Assembly: GCA_016861085.1 (NCBI GenBank)
Contig: BOKR01000001.1
Coordinates: forward strand, 195,271 to 259,270
Direction: 5' to 3'
Length of the DNA: 64,000 nt
From: Patescibacteria group bacterium
Lineage (GTDB): Bacteria > Patescibacteriota > Microgenomatia > UBA1400 > PJMF01
Below, piece after piece: positions 36,508-47,713 of the stretch; positions within the stretch are counted from its first letter, which is position 1; each line of letters opens with the position of its first letter. The position numbers and the translations under genes were made by a program. The notes under the pieces were generated by a model. The model made no database searches, was not told the origin of the DNA, and was given only the letters and a program-made list of their open reading frames with translations.

Positions 36508-38946
36508 TTATTTGAGAGGTTTGAGCTTTTTAGTTAATGCGAGGGCCAAAACTTCTGCAACATCAGCTATCGGGACAAAGGTAATATCTTTTTTAACGAT
36601 GTCTGGAATTTTTTCAATGTCTCGCTCGTTATCTTTTGGAATCAAAACAGTTTTGCTACCAGCCATGTGTGCCCCAATGCTTTTTTCTTTGAGTCCACCA
36701 ATTCGAAGCACCCTACCTCTAAGCGTCACCTCACCAGTCATTGCCACATCTCTTTTAACCGGAATGTTAGTAAATGCCGAGACAATTGCCGTAGTCATGG
36801 TTACACCTGCGGACGGGCCATCTTTTGGAACAGCACCTTCGGGAACATGAACATGGACATCGGTTTCTTTAAGGACTTTTGGAGGGATTCCTAGTTTTGC
36901 GTGATTTGCTTTCACGTAAGTATATGCAGCTTGTGCTGATTCTTTCATCACGTCACCCAATTTTCCTGTAAGTTGGATAGTTCCTTTTCCAGGAGTGAGT
37001 GCTACCTCTATGAACAAAACTTCACCACCAACAGAAGTCCAGGCAAGTCCCGTGGCTTGTCCTACAACATCATCTTTCTCTGTGATTTCGACATCAAATT
37101 TTTCAGGTCCTAAATACTCTCTGATAACCTTAGCATCAACGGCAATAGATTTTATCTTTGACTTAGAAATAATTTCTTTGGCAGCTTTGCGCATGATGCT
37201 GCTCATGGTTCGTTCCAAAGTACGAACACCAGCTTCTCTGGTATATCGATGAATAATTGTGGTAATAGCCTCATCAGACATACTGATTTGCTTGCGCGAG
37301 AGTCCGTTTGCTTTCAAAACTTTTTCAAATAGGTAGTCTTTGGCAATATGGAACTTCTCTTCCCAGGTGTAGCCTGAATACCGAATGATTTCCAGACGGT
37401 CTTTGAGGGCTGGAGGGATAGTGTCGAGAGTATTGGCTGTAGTAATGAAGATGACTTGTGATAAATCAAATGGCATATCAAGATAGTGGTCTTCAAAACT
37501 GTTATTTTGTTCAGGGTCTAGCGCTTCAAGCAACGCGGCTGAAGGATCGCCTTTGTAATCTGAGCCAATTTTATCGATTTCATCAAGCATAAAGACAGGA
37601 TTCATAGTCTTTGCTTGTCTCATACCACTGATGATTTTTCCTGGCATAGCGCCAACATAGGTGCGGCGATGCCCTCTGATTTCTGATTCATCTTTAACTC
37701 CGCCAAGGGAAACCTTAATAAATTTTCTCCCAAGGGCTTGAGCGATTGACTTACCAATACTGGTTTTACCAACTCCTGGTGGGCCAACGAAACACAAAAT
37801 AGTTGGCAAACTTTGATCTTCTTTCTTTGCATTTTTTTGTTTGAGAGATAAAACTGCGATATACTCTAAAATTCTATCCTTGACTTCTTCTAGACCAAAA
37901 TGGTTTTCGTCTAGGATTTTTTGGGCTTTTTCTATTTCCAAAATAGATTTGGAATATTTGTTCCACGGCAACTCAAAAACGGTGTCGAGCCAACTCCTCA
38001 TGTATCCTGACTCAGGATTGTTTTGGGACATGGTTCTTAAGCGCTTAATTTCTTTTTTGATCTTTGCCATTAAATCAGTATTGAGTTTGAGCTTTCCTAA
38101 TTTTAGCTGGTAATCATCGGCTGCCTCTTCTTCATCATCAATGTCACCCAATTCTTTTTGGATTGTTTTGAGTCTTTCACGCAATATGTTCTCACGCATG
38201 TGTTTGTCGAATTTTTCTTGGGTTTTGTGAACCACGTCTTTTTCGATTTCAAGGACCTTGATTTCGTGTGTGAGGTGGGAAAGCACCATCTTAAGACGTT
38301 GTGTAACATCAAGGGTCTCTAACAGTTCTTGTTTTTCTTCAGTACTGATAGTGAGTGTGCTGGCGATCTGATCTATGAGTTCACCATTAGTAACACCACC
38401 CATTAGTTTCATAAAACTCAAAAACTCAACTGGTTTACCCATATGGACTGCTTTTCTGAATTCATTCTGGAGGTGCGTAACAAGGGCTTTATTTTCTTCT
38501 GCGTTTTCTTCTGTCTCTTCAAGCTTTTCTACTTCAACCACTAATTTTGGTGAGGTTGAGATGAAACGAATGATTTTAACTCTACTTATACCCTTAACCA
38601 GTGCGTTGATGTTGTCGTCCGTTTCTAGTTTTTTTTCAACGACAGCGAGCGTTCCCACTTGGAAAAGGTCTTTTGCTTCTGGGAGGTTAACCTGAGGGTC
38701 TCTTTGTGAAATCAAGACGACAGTTTTTTTACTGGTGCCTAGATTTTTGATTGCATTGAGTGAAAGCTGTCTACCAAATGAGAGTACAGATTCAGTACTT
38801 GGGAACAACAGCCCTTCTCGAATTGGGATTGCATCTAAAACCATAACTTCAGGGTTTTGTGGTTGTAAAATAATTGGTTCCTGAGCTTTTGATTCTTGGG
38901 TTGATAACTCTGGTATTTTTTTATCTTTTTGGTCAATATCTGTCAT
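36508..38946 (-). CDS. lon: ATP-dependent Lon protease
   Basis: Lon N domain, Walker A GPPGVGKTS, and the S16 catalytic region DGPSAGVTMTTA with a Ser-Lys dyad. Confidence 0.9.
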   Translation of the reverse strand: MTDIDQKDKKIPELSTQESKAQEPIILQPQNPEVMVLDAIPIREGLLFPSTESVLSFGRQLSLNAIKNLGTSKKTVVLISQRDPQVNLPEAKDLFQVGTLAVVEKKLETDDNINALVKGISRVKIIRFISTSPKLVVEVEKLEETEENAEENKALVTHLQNEFRKAVHMGKPVEFLSFMKLMGGVTNGELIDQIASTLTISTEEKQELLETLDVTQRLKMVLSHLTHEIKVLEIEKDVVHKTQEKFDKHMRENILRERLKTIQKELGDIDDEEEAADDYQLKLGKLKLNTDLMAKIKKEIKRLRTMSQNNPESGYMRSWLDTVFELPWNKYSKSILEIEKAQKILDENHFGLEEVKDRILEYIAVLSLKQKNAKKEDQSLPTILCFVGPPGVGKTSIGKSIAQALGRKFIKVSLGGVKDESEIRGHRRTYVGAMPGKIISGMRQAKTMNPVFMLDEIDKIGSDYKGDPSAALLEALDPEQNNSFEDHYLDMPFDLSQVIFITTANTLDTIPPALKDRLEIIRYSGYTWEEKFHIAKDYLFEKVLKANGLSRKQISMSDEAITTIIHRYTREAGVRTLERTMSSIMRKAAKEIISKSKIKSIAVDAKVIREYLGPEKFDVEITEKDDVVGQATGLAWTSVGGEVLFIEVALTPGKGTIQLTGKLGDVMKESAQAAYTYVKANHAKLGIPPKVLKETDVHVHVPEGAVPKDGPSAGVTMTTAIVSAFTNIPVKRDVAMTGEVTLRGRVLRIGGLKEKSIGAHMAGSKTVLIPKDNERDIEKIPDIVKKDITFVPIADVAEVLALALTKKLKPLK

Positions 38947-39003
38947 ACGTTTAGCATTCTATTGTGTTGTCTGCTAAATTTCAAGAGGGAAATAAAAATA
39001 TCG

Positions 39004-40356
39004 TCAATATCGCAGGGCAGTTGTTGAGTTCTCTTGCTCATCAAACTGTATCCTGGTGATAATGTCAGATACGACTTGTCCGAATTTTTCTGGGTTGAAT
39101 GAATGTGGCTTATGACCTAAGTTCTCTACGACTACATCATATAGTTTACTTGCCTTATTAAATACCTTTGAAAGTAGCCCAGTCCTAGTTTGAGCTTTTT
39201 GTGCTGGAAAGACGGCATCTTGCTGACTCCAGGCAACAGCAACAGGAAAATCAAAATTTTCAGCAAGATCCACCTGAACTTGTTTATTGATTTTTCGTTT
39301 TGATAGGAATGATTCTCTCCCGGCTTCAATCAGAACACTTAATGGTTTCCAGGTATTACCGATCACAGGATCTGCCACAAGGTGATTCACAATTTCCATG
39401 AGTAATTTTCTTCTCAGTGCCTGTGCTCTTTTAATCGCCTTGTAGTCATATTGCGTCTCTGGTGATTCAGTTTCTTGTGAGGTAGTTCTTTGTTCTATCT
39501 CAGTAGTTAATTGCTCAATTTTTTGGAATAGACTTTCAATTTTTTTATGACCAATTCTTGAAGCTGGTAGTCCTTTTTTTCCTGGTACTGTTCGTTCAGT
39601 TTCAGCAAGGGCGTTTTGTTTTAGTTGTGCGTATTTTGCGTTGTAGTTTGCTTTCATTTGTTCTAAGTCTTGGGTGAGTTTCAAAGCTAGACCTGTATCA
39701 TACTTATTTTTTGCTTCACGAATACGTTCTTCTAGTTCTGAGATATCCAGTTTTGTAGGAAAATTTTGAGCTAATTCGTGTTCAAGCTGATTACTTTTTC
39801 CTAAACCCTGATTAAATTCGGCGATCCCTTGTTCAAAAAGTCCCCCCGATTGGAAAAAAACTGAGCCGGCGATTGTAATATTAGGAAATTGAGTTTTAAA
39901 CAGAGAAACAAGTTCCGGTAAATTTTGCCCTCCCATTGACTGACCAACAAGGAATACTTTTTGAGCTGGGTGTTCCTTGAGTACAGCTGCAATCATTTTT
40001 ACAAATCCCTGCATTTTCGTGTCTCTATCCCCAGAAGCATCGATGACATCTTTACTTACGAGTGACGGCATATGAATTGCCGCTGCGACTTTAAAATTCC
40101 CATCAATTGCATATTTTTGTCGTCTCACTTGTTCTTGTAGTAAATTTTGAACAACCGATTCAGACATCTTTTCTGAAACAGCCGCCGTATCACCTGCCCC
40201 AGGAAAAACAATCACAGCGATTTGTTCGCCTTGGATTGTTTCCTGTTTTCTTAATTGTTCTTTATTAGGGGTGAAAGTGGTCACTGTAAAACCTAGTTCA
40301 CTCTTTCTTTGTTCTTTTACAAGTGACCCTGGTTGAGGACTAAGGTTTTCGAGCAT
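39004..40356 (-). CDS. Alpha/beta-hydrolase-fold protein with a long helical/coiled-coil insertion
   Basis: Nucleophile elbow GQSMGG, a C-terminal His (NLGHKPH), and about 150 aa of Lys/Glu/Gln-rich predicted helix inserted between the core strands. Confidence 0.45.
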   Translation of the reverse strand: MLENLSPQPGSLVKEQRKSELGFTVTTFTPNKEQLRKQETIQGEQIAVIVFPGAGDTAAVSEKMSESVVQNLLQEQVRRQKYAIDGNFKVAAAIHMPSLVSKDVIDASGDRDTKMQGFVKMIAAVLKEHPAQKVFLVGQSMGGQNLPELVSLFKTQFPNITIAGSVFFQSGGLFEQGIAEFNQGLGKSNQLEHELAQNFPTKLDISELEERIREAKNKYDTGLALKLTQDLEQMKANYNAKYAQLKQNALAETERTVPGKKGLPASRIGHKKIESLFQKIEQLTTEIEQRTTSQETESPETQYDYKAIKRAQALRRKLLMEIVNHLVADPVIGNTWKPLSVLIEAGRESFLSKRKINKQVQVDLAENFDFPVAVAWSQQDAVFPAQKAQTRTGLLSKVFNKASKLYDVVVENLGHKPHSFNPEKFGQVVSDIITRIQFDEQENSTTALRY

Positions 40357-40404
40357 AGTTTATTATACAACGAGCGATTTGAATGAGATTTGGAAATAAA
40401 AAAG

Positions 40405-40478
40405 TGGGTGTACATCGACTCGAACGATGGACCTCAGTCTTATCAGGACTGCGCTCTAACCAGCTGAGCTATACACCC
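40405..40478 (-). tRNA. tRNA-Ile (anticodon GAU); CCA not encoded
   Basis: Reverse complement gives GGGTGTA-TA-GCTC-AGCTGGTTA-GAGC-G-CAGTC-CTGATAA-GACTG-AGGTC-CATCG-TTCGAGT-CGATG-TACACCC-A. Confidence 0.85.
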
Positions 40479-40706
40479 ATGTGAGTTGGTAGATTCTCAT
40501 CTGCAACAGAAACATATTTTATCATATTCAGATAAAAATGCACAATTAAAAATTAATTTGACGGTTTTTTTGGTTTTGTCTGTATTAGCAGTCAACAAGT
40601 AACTTTGCTAATTAGAGTAGAAAACAAAATGAGTTGCTGTACCAGACTAAAATGATGTATTTTGAAATACTTAATAATATTTTGATACTTTTTTATCTAG
40701 ATAAAA

Positions 40707-41273
40707 TTATAAAAACAAGTTAACGTCTGATTGAGTTTCTTCTTGTTTTACTTGCAGCAATCGTTTTTTTTCAGCATTCGAGGTACAGTCACCAGAATCA
40801 TCACAAGTAGTGATATCACTGTAGTATACTTTTGTTTCTGAAGGTGGTAATAATGCAAAGACTTCATACGTGCCTTGGGGAATATCGAGTGTGTAGTCAT
40901 ACTCGTTTTTTATTGAGTCTAGAACAAAATCTACACAAATTTCCTGCTCTGTCCTAACTTCTCGTGCGCATACAATAACTGCTTCTGTTTGAGGTATTTT
41001 TGAGAATCGTATAGTTCCAGAAATTGTTGCAGTTGTAGTTTCACCTAAGACTTCCCCAATCTGTATTACATCGGCAGGAGTTGGTTGTACTGCTATTTGG
41101 GATTCAAGTGCTGCAATCTGTTCTTGCTGTGTCTGAATTTGAGATTCGTACTCTTTTTTTTCTCTATCTGCCTGCCAGATATACACAATTGAAGAAAAAG
41201 TTATCGCAAAGACAAGTACTAAAAAGCTAGCGTTTATTTTTGACATAGCTAGGGCAAGTATATCATACTCCAA
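40707..41273 (-). CDS. Hypothetical membrane-anchored protein
   Basis: 188 aa with an N-terminal TM helix (FLVLVFAITFSSIVYIW), a coiled-coil segment and a Cys-containing C-terminal domain. Confidence 0.35.
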   Translation of the reverse strand: MEYDILALAMSKINASFLVLVFAITFSSIVYIWQADREKKEYESQIQTQQEQIAALESQIAVQPTPADVIQIGEVLGETTTATISGTIRFSKIPQTEAVIVCAREVRTEQEICVDFVLDSIKNEYDYTLDIPQGTYEVFALLPPSETKVYYSDITTCDDSGDCTSNAEKKRLLQVKQEETQSDVNLFL

Positions 41274-41523
41274 GGAAGGCTACTTGGGTTTTTCTAGAAA
41301 TTCTTTGTCCAGGTTGGAACATGTTTCTGAGTGTATTCACAATTGCACCAGCGTGAGCTTCAAGGTTTTGGGTAACTGCTTTGCCAGTTTCGTAGGCTTC
41401 TTCGATCAGTTCACAAAAGGCAAAAAACCCCATGGCGTCTAATAAGGTTACTAAACTCTGGTCTCCCTTGAGTCTTTCGACTTTTTCTAGCAATGCTTGT
41501 AATTTCTCGTTTCCAATTGACAT
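41263..41523 (-). CDS. Hypothetical small protein of 86 aa
   Basis: ORF between the 16S terminator and the next gene. Its stop overlaps the downstream gene's start. Confidence 0.3.
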   Translation of the reverse strand: MSIGNEKLQALLEKVERLKGDQSLVTLLDAMGFFAFCELIEEAYETGKAVTQNLEAHAGAIVNTLRNMFQPGQRISRKTQVAFLGV

Positions 41524-41564
41524 ATATTGATGTATTTAGATCGATAGTATATCACTAAAATACT

Positions 41565-41587
41565 AAAAAACCACCGGTTATGGTGGT
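41565..41587 (-). terminator. Putative rho-independent terminator about 170 nt downstream of the 16S 3' end
   Basis: Minus strand reads ACCACC-ataacc-GGTGGT followed by TTTTTT. Confidence 0.5.
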
Positions 41588-41756
41588 CTGTTATTGTGCC
41601 AAGCACAAGGATTTTCAAGTTAAGAATGACAGAATCTGATACAAACATGGTGATAGAGCCGACCTGGATATGGTGGTCTCAGGATTTTGAAAGGTAATTC
41701 GTTTCGTATTGCTACAAAACGGGAATGGGAGGTCGTGATACTCCTACCCATCTCCT

Positions 41757-43240
<1,484 letters not shown>

Positions 43241-43706
43241 AAAAAAAGTTTGAGACTCATTTCTTGCGAAATGAGTTTAGGCTCTTATATTATTATCTAG
43301 ATTTATTTAAAAAATTAACGGATTGTACACATAACATATAAACTATATGTATGTATTTTGTAACATCATCAATAAATTGGGATATTACTGTACAATCCAC
43401 TTAATTATTTAAGTCGAATCTAGTATTTCAGTTCTATCACCATGTTTATTTCAGATATCTGTCATGAAATTTATATTGCTATATATAAATTTCTCTTAAC
43501 TTGTTAATGTTCGATTTGTTTTTCTGTCTATTTCAGGCACAAAAAACACAAGAACGGTAGTATAGTTCTTGTTTTTTATTTTGTAAACTCTCAATATTGT
43601 GAGTTTGTGAAGATGAGTATCTGCCTTGCGGCGGACTTTATCTTTGAAGATTAGTATTGTAACACACTCCAGAAGAAAAAGTCAAAGGGGGAATTTTTAT
43701 TAGGAA

Positions 43707-44744
43707 CTAGATTTCTGGAAACATAACTCGAAGAAATTCTTGAGCAACGTCTTTCTTTTTTCCGACCAATGGGTATTGATTCCAGTCCAAGCTTGGCGAA
43801 GAATTAATTTCAATTATTTTATATGAGTCCCTATTTTGATTAGTAAAAATATTTTTCGACATGAAATCGATACCGCATAATGCTAAGCCAGGTATAGCTC
43901 TAATTGTCTTCAAAGCAATTTTAAGCACGCTTGGGTGGACAGAATCTGTTAAATCAATAGTATCTCCCCCAAGACTAACATTCATGGCACTTTGCGGACG
44001 TAATAAAATTTGTTCATTCTTTTTTGGAATACTTTTTGGAGTCAAATTTTGATTTTTTAGGAAGCTTATGACTTCATCGTCAATAATGAGTTCATGATAT
44101 GTTGGAATGCTTTGCCTGATTGTATTTGTATTTTTCTTCTTGATGAGTTCGTGAATTGTTGATTTCCCATTACCTATAACATTTGCAGCAACTCTTTTGA
44201 TAATACTTAATACCTTTGCTTGAGTTGCTAGAATTCTAAATTCTTCGCCAATGAACATTTCTTCAATCAAAAGGTCAACTGATTTTTCTCCATAATAAGT
44301 TCGAACATTCATAATAGCTTGTTGAAATTTCTCAAAGGAATTCAAGTTTAAATGTACATTATTTCCTCGTTCATCGGAAATTGGTTTAATAACCAGTGGC
44401 TTTTTCATACCATCAAACAACTGCTGATAACATTCAATAGCATCGCCACTTTCAAGCAGAAATCCATGAGTTACCGATATGCCAGCTCGTTGCAACATGT
44501 GTTTGGCTATTCGTTTATCTTTACAGCAATAGTGCGCAAATGCGGTAGTTTCAGAAGGAACTTGTCCATAAAAGTATTTTTCGGTGTTTTTGTATTGTAG
44601 TCTGAACATTGCGGTATATGGAATTATTTCCCAAGAGATTCCCAATTTCTCAGCCTCTTCTATGACAAGAAGCGTGCTCTTACTGATTTTTTTTAGTTTA
44701 TCTTTTCCTAAAATAGTTTTTCTCTTTTGAAATATATCGTTCAT
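43707..44744 (-). CDS. Cyanophycin-synthetase-like ATP-grasp ligase: the CphA G-domain only, with no Mur-ligase domain
   Basis: VIKPISDERGNNVHL, NVIGNGKSTIHELIKKKN (CphA HVIGDGRSTIRELIEKEN), VSLGGDTIDLTDSVHP (CphA LSTGGTAIDRTDEIHP) and IIEINSSP (ATP-grasp Mg site). The protein stops after the grasp domain at 345 aa. Confidence 0.65.
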   Translation of the reverse strand: MNDIFQKRKTILGKDKLKKISKSTLLVIEEAEKLGISWEIIPYTAMFRLQYKNTEKYFYGQVPSETTAFAHYCCKDKRIAKHMLQRAGISVTHGFLLESGDAIECYQQLFDGMKKPLVIKPISDERGNNVHLNLNSFEKFQQAIMNVRTYYGEKSVDLLIEEMFIGEEFRILATQAKVLSIIKRVAANVIGNGKSTIHELIKKKNTNTIRQSIPTYHELIIDDEVISFLKNQNLTPKSIPKKNEQILLRPQSAMNVSLGGDTIDLTDSVHPSVLKIALKTIRAIPGLALCGIDFMSKNIFTNQNRDSYKIIEINSSPSLDWNQYPLVGKKKDVAQEFLRVMFPEI

Positions 44745-44928
44745 ACAAAAAATCCCCCTTAATCCGGCTTAAAAAAGCTACACTGTTTTGAAGTTATAAA
44801 TAACTAAGTATTAACGTGGTATCCACGAGAATTGGGAAAAATTATCCCATAACAGAGGTTCATTGTATCACAAATGGTCTGTATTAGCCAATTTTTCTGC
44901 TATATGTTGGATTGGTTTGAGTCGGGAT

Positions 44929-46053
44929 CTAGGAGATTACACCTCCACCCAAACAAATAAATTCATCATTTATTTTTTTATAAAATACGGCAGATTGGCC
45001 TTGTGCAATTCCTTTAGTTGGCTTTGTCAGCGTTACTGTACTTGCAGTTTTAATGTCATCTTTTACTTTGATTTTGCACTTCAATAAATCGCCAGTATGG
45101 CGGATCCTTACAAATAAATTAGTGCTATTTAAGGCCAATTTATCGTTGTTATTAACAATCCAATGCATATCTCTGACATCAAAAGTGTCTGTCAAAGTTT
45201 CATGACCAAAACCAACCACGAGCTGATTTTTTTCTGGATTTTTTCGAATAACATAAAATGGTGGAATATTGTGCTTATCTATTGTAGTTCCATCGTCCAT
45301 TTTAATGACGGTTTTTGCATTGATTTGGAAGCCGTTTCTTTGGCCTACAGTATAAAACCACAAGCCTTTGTGTGTACCAATGACATTTCCAGCGGTATCA
45401 ACAACCGCACCAGGGTTTTCGCCCAATCGTTCTTTCAAAAAATTATGCACATTAATATCGCCAATAAAACAAATTCCAACAGAATCTTTTTTATTGCTTA
45501 CATGGAGCTTGCGCTTCTCTGCTTCTGTTCTGACTTCTGACTTAAGCATGTTTTGAAGCGGAAACAATGTGTGGTCAATTTGGCCCTCGTTCAACAAATA
45601 TAAAAAGTACGTCTGATCTTTATGGGCATCTTTTGGAATTGCAAGTTGTTTGATAGTAGTGCCATCTTCAGTTTCATTCTCACTAATTTTGGCATAGTGA
45701 CCTGTTGCCACAAAATCAAAACCTTCCTTCATTGCCCAATCATAAAACATGCCGAATTTAATTTCTTTGTTGCACATTACATCTGGATTTGGAGTTCTGC
45801 CAGCTTCATATTCTGTAAAAAAATATTCCACAACTTTGTCACGGTACTCTTGTTTGAAATCTAAAACTTTGAATGGGATACCAAGATCAAGGGCGACTTT
45901 GAGTGCGTCTTTACGATCTTCTTCACTACGGCACCCTGGGGCACGCCAACACTCAAGGTATACTCCGGTAACAGCATATCCTTGTTCGAGTAGTAAGTGG
46001 GCGCAGACTGAAGAATCAACTCCGCCACTCATGCCAAGTGCTACTTTTTTCAT
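44929..46053 (-). CDS. mnmA: tRNA 2-thiouridine(34) synthase MnmA
   Basis: PP-loop ALGMSGGVDSSV, catalytic Cys region, and VATGHYA. I took the start at the ATG 46051-46053. Confidence 0.9.
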   Translation of the reverse strand: MKKVALGMSGGVDSSVCAHLLLEQGYAVTGVYLECWRAPGCRSEEDRKDALKVALDLGIPFKVLDFKQEYRDKVVEYFFTEYEAGRTPNPDVMCNKEIKFGMFYDWAMKEGFDFVATGHYAKISENETEDGTTIKQLAIPKDAHKDQTYFLYLLNEGQIDHTLFPLQNMLKSEVRTEAEKRKLHVSNKKDSVGICFIGDINVHNFLKERLGENPGAVVDTAGNVIGTHKGLWFYTVGQRNGFQINAKTVIKMDDGTTIDKHNIPPFYVIRKNPEKNQLVVGFGHETLTDTFDVRDMHWIVNNNDKLALNSTNLFVRIRHTGDLLKCKIKVKDDIKTASTVTLTKPTKGIAQGQSAVFYKKINDEFICLGGGVIS

Positions 46054-46063
46054 AAGTCCTATA

Positions 46064-46825
46064 TTATAGCAGATTTTGACAGTCTTTTTGACTGAATTGG
46101 CCATTTTTTGTTCGAGTAATAGAATATGTAGTTGCGGGAATATCGAGAACTTTGCTCAAGTCTCTCACGAAAGCTCGAACATACGTTCTGGTTGAAACTT
46201 CAATGTGTAGCGTGATAAATGGTAGTTGGGATATATTCTTTTTTTTCAGTGTTCTGAAAGTTTCCCCCCATTGTTCAGTGATTTTTTGTTGTCTGAAATC
46301 TCCTGAAACAAGTTGAATCCTATCAAAGATATTATTTTGCAAGACTGTTATATCAACAGAATCTACTTTTTTACAATCAATTGAAAAAATAGTGACCCTG
46401 TTTTTTTTCTGTTCAAACGTTTCACCTTTTTTTGCTAGGTCAAATCCTGATTTTCCTTTCACACGTTGTGCAGAAAAATTCGGCTGTATTTGTATTTGTG
46501 CACCTAAAAAATTTTGCAAGAGCGTTTTTAGTTTTTCACCAATTTCTACTTCGTTGAGAGGTTGTTTAGTGAGATCTTTCGTTATACCTAAGAGGTCTAA
46601 ACTATCAGTACTAACTCCAAATAGGATTTCAAAAGTATATGTTTTTTTTGCATCCTTAAACTCACCTTTTTTAAATCTATCATCACCAGTTAGTACTACT
46701 ACAATACCCTCTGCCATAGGGTCCAGAGTACCAGTATGAGTAGCCTTTTGGTGAATTTTTTCCCCAACTTTTTGTGCTAATAAATGTGTTGATTCGCCAA
46801 CTTTTTTCCAAATAGGAATAATCAT
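46064..46825 (-). CDS. truB: tRNA pseudouridine(55) synthase TruB
   Basis: Catalytic motif HTGTLDPMAEGIVVVLTG and TruB-family length. Confidence 0.85.
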   Translation of the reverse strand: MIIPIWKKVGESTHLLAQKVGEKIHQKATHTGTLDPMAEGIVVVLTGDDRFKKGEFKDAKKTYTFEILFGVSTDSLDLLGITKDLTKQPLNEVEIGEKLKTLLQNFLGAQIQIQPNFSAQRVKGKSGFDLAKKGETFEQKKNRVTIFSIDCKKVDSVDITVLQNNIFDRIQLVSGDFRQQKITEQWGETFRTLKKKNISQLPFITLHIEVSTRTYVRAFVRDLSKVLDIPATTYSITRTKNGQFSQKDCQNLL

Positions 46826-46858
46826 AGCTCTATATTATAGTATAATCTTGCAACCATT

Positions 46859-47713
46859 ATGAAAATATTAATTCTAACTACAGATACTGGAGCCACGCAT
46901 ACTGGCACCAGTGTTAGTTCGAGTACGGGTTTACTTCTTGACAGTTTGAAAAAAAATCACGAAGTGACACTCGCACTTTTTTCACAACTCTCACTGACGA
47001 TTGCAAAAGACAGCATACACATTGCGTACAAATCAACAGACATAAAATTGTTTGATTTCATTATTTTCAGATCAACAGATGATACTGAATTTAATATGGA
47101 ATGGTTGGCACAGATTGTTGGCGACTACTGTCTGGCAAATAACATAAAAAATATTAATGCTCAACATTATGCTTCTTTTGGTAATAGATGGAATAAATTG
47201 CAGCAAATCGAATTTTTTACTAGAAATGGTTTTTTAGTTCCTCACACCAAGTTCGGATACATTGAAAACTCACACTTTCCGCTCATTGCCAAGCCTTTAA
47301 TAGGAAGCCAAGGCAAAGGCATTCATATGGTAGCTTCAAAGAAAGAGCTAGTTCCACATTTAGGTACAATATATCAAGAGGTGCTTCCAAATAGACAAGA
47401 TTATAGAGTTCTTGTTTTGGGAGAAAAAATTCTTGGAGTTATGCTTAGAAAAGCCAATACTAATTCAGTAGTGAGTAATATCTCTGCAGGTGGAATAGGA
47501 GAAAAATCTGTAATTGACCCTCAGTTACAAGAAATCTCACTTCGTCTTGCACGGCTAAGCCGGCTCGATTTCTGTGGCATAGATCTAATGAAAAATAAGG
47601 ATGATGAATATGCTGTTCTGGAAGTCAATAGAAATCCAGGTTTTTTGGGATTTCAGAAAGTGACGGGTATTGAGGTTACTGCAGAAATTGAGGCACACTT
47701 ATCTGCATCGTGA
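46859..47713 (+). CDS. rimK: RimK-like ATP-grasp alpha-L-glutamate ligase (paralog A)
   Basis: IAKPLIGSQGKGIHMV, YRVLVLGEKILGVMLR, and the EVNRNPGFLGFQKVTG Mg-binding region. Confidence 0.75.
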   Translation: MKILILTTDTGATHTGTSVSSSTGLLLDSLKKNHEVTLALFSQLSLTIAKDSIHIAYKSTDIKLFDFIIFRSTDDTEFNMEWLAQIVGDYCLANNIKNINAQHYASFGNRWNKLQQIEFFTRNGFLVPHTKFGYIENSHFPLIAKPLIGSQGKGIHMVASKKELVPHLGTIYQEVLPNRQDYRVLVLGEKILGVMLRKANTNSVVSNISAGGIGEKSVIDPQLQEISLRLARLSRLDFCGIDLMKNKDDEYAVLEVNRNPGFLGFQKVTGIEVTAEIEAHLSAS

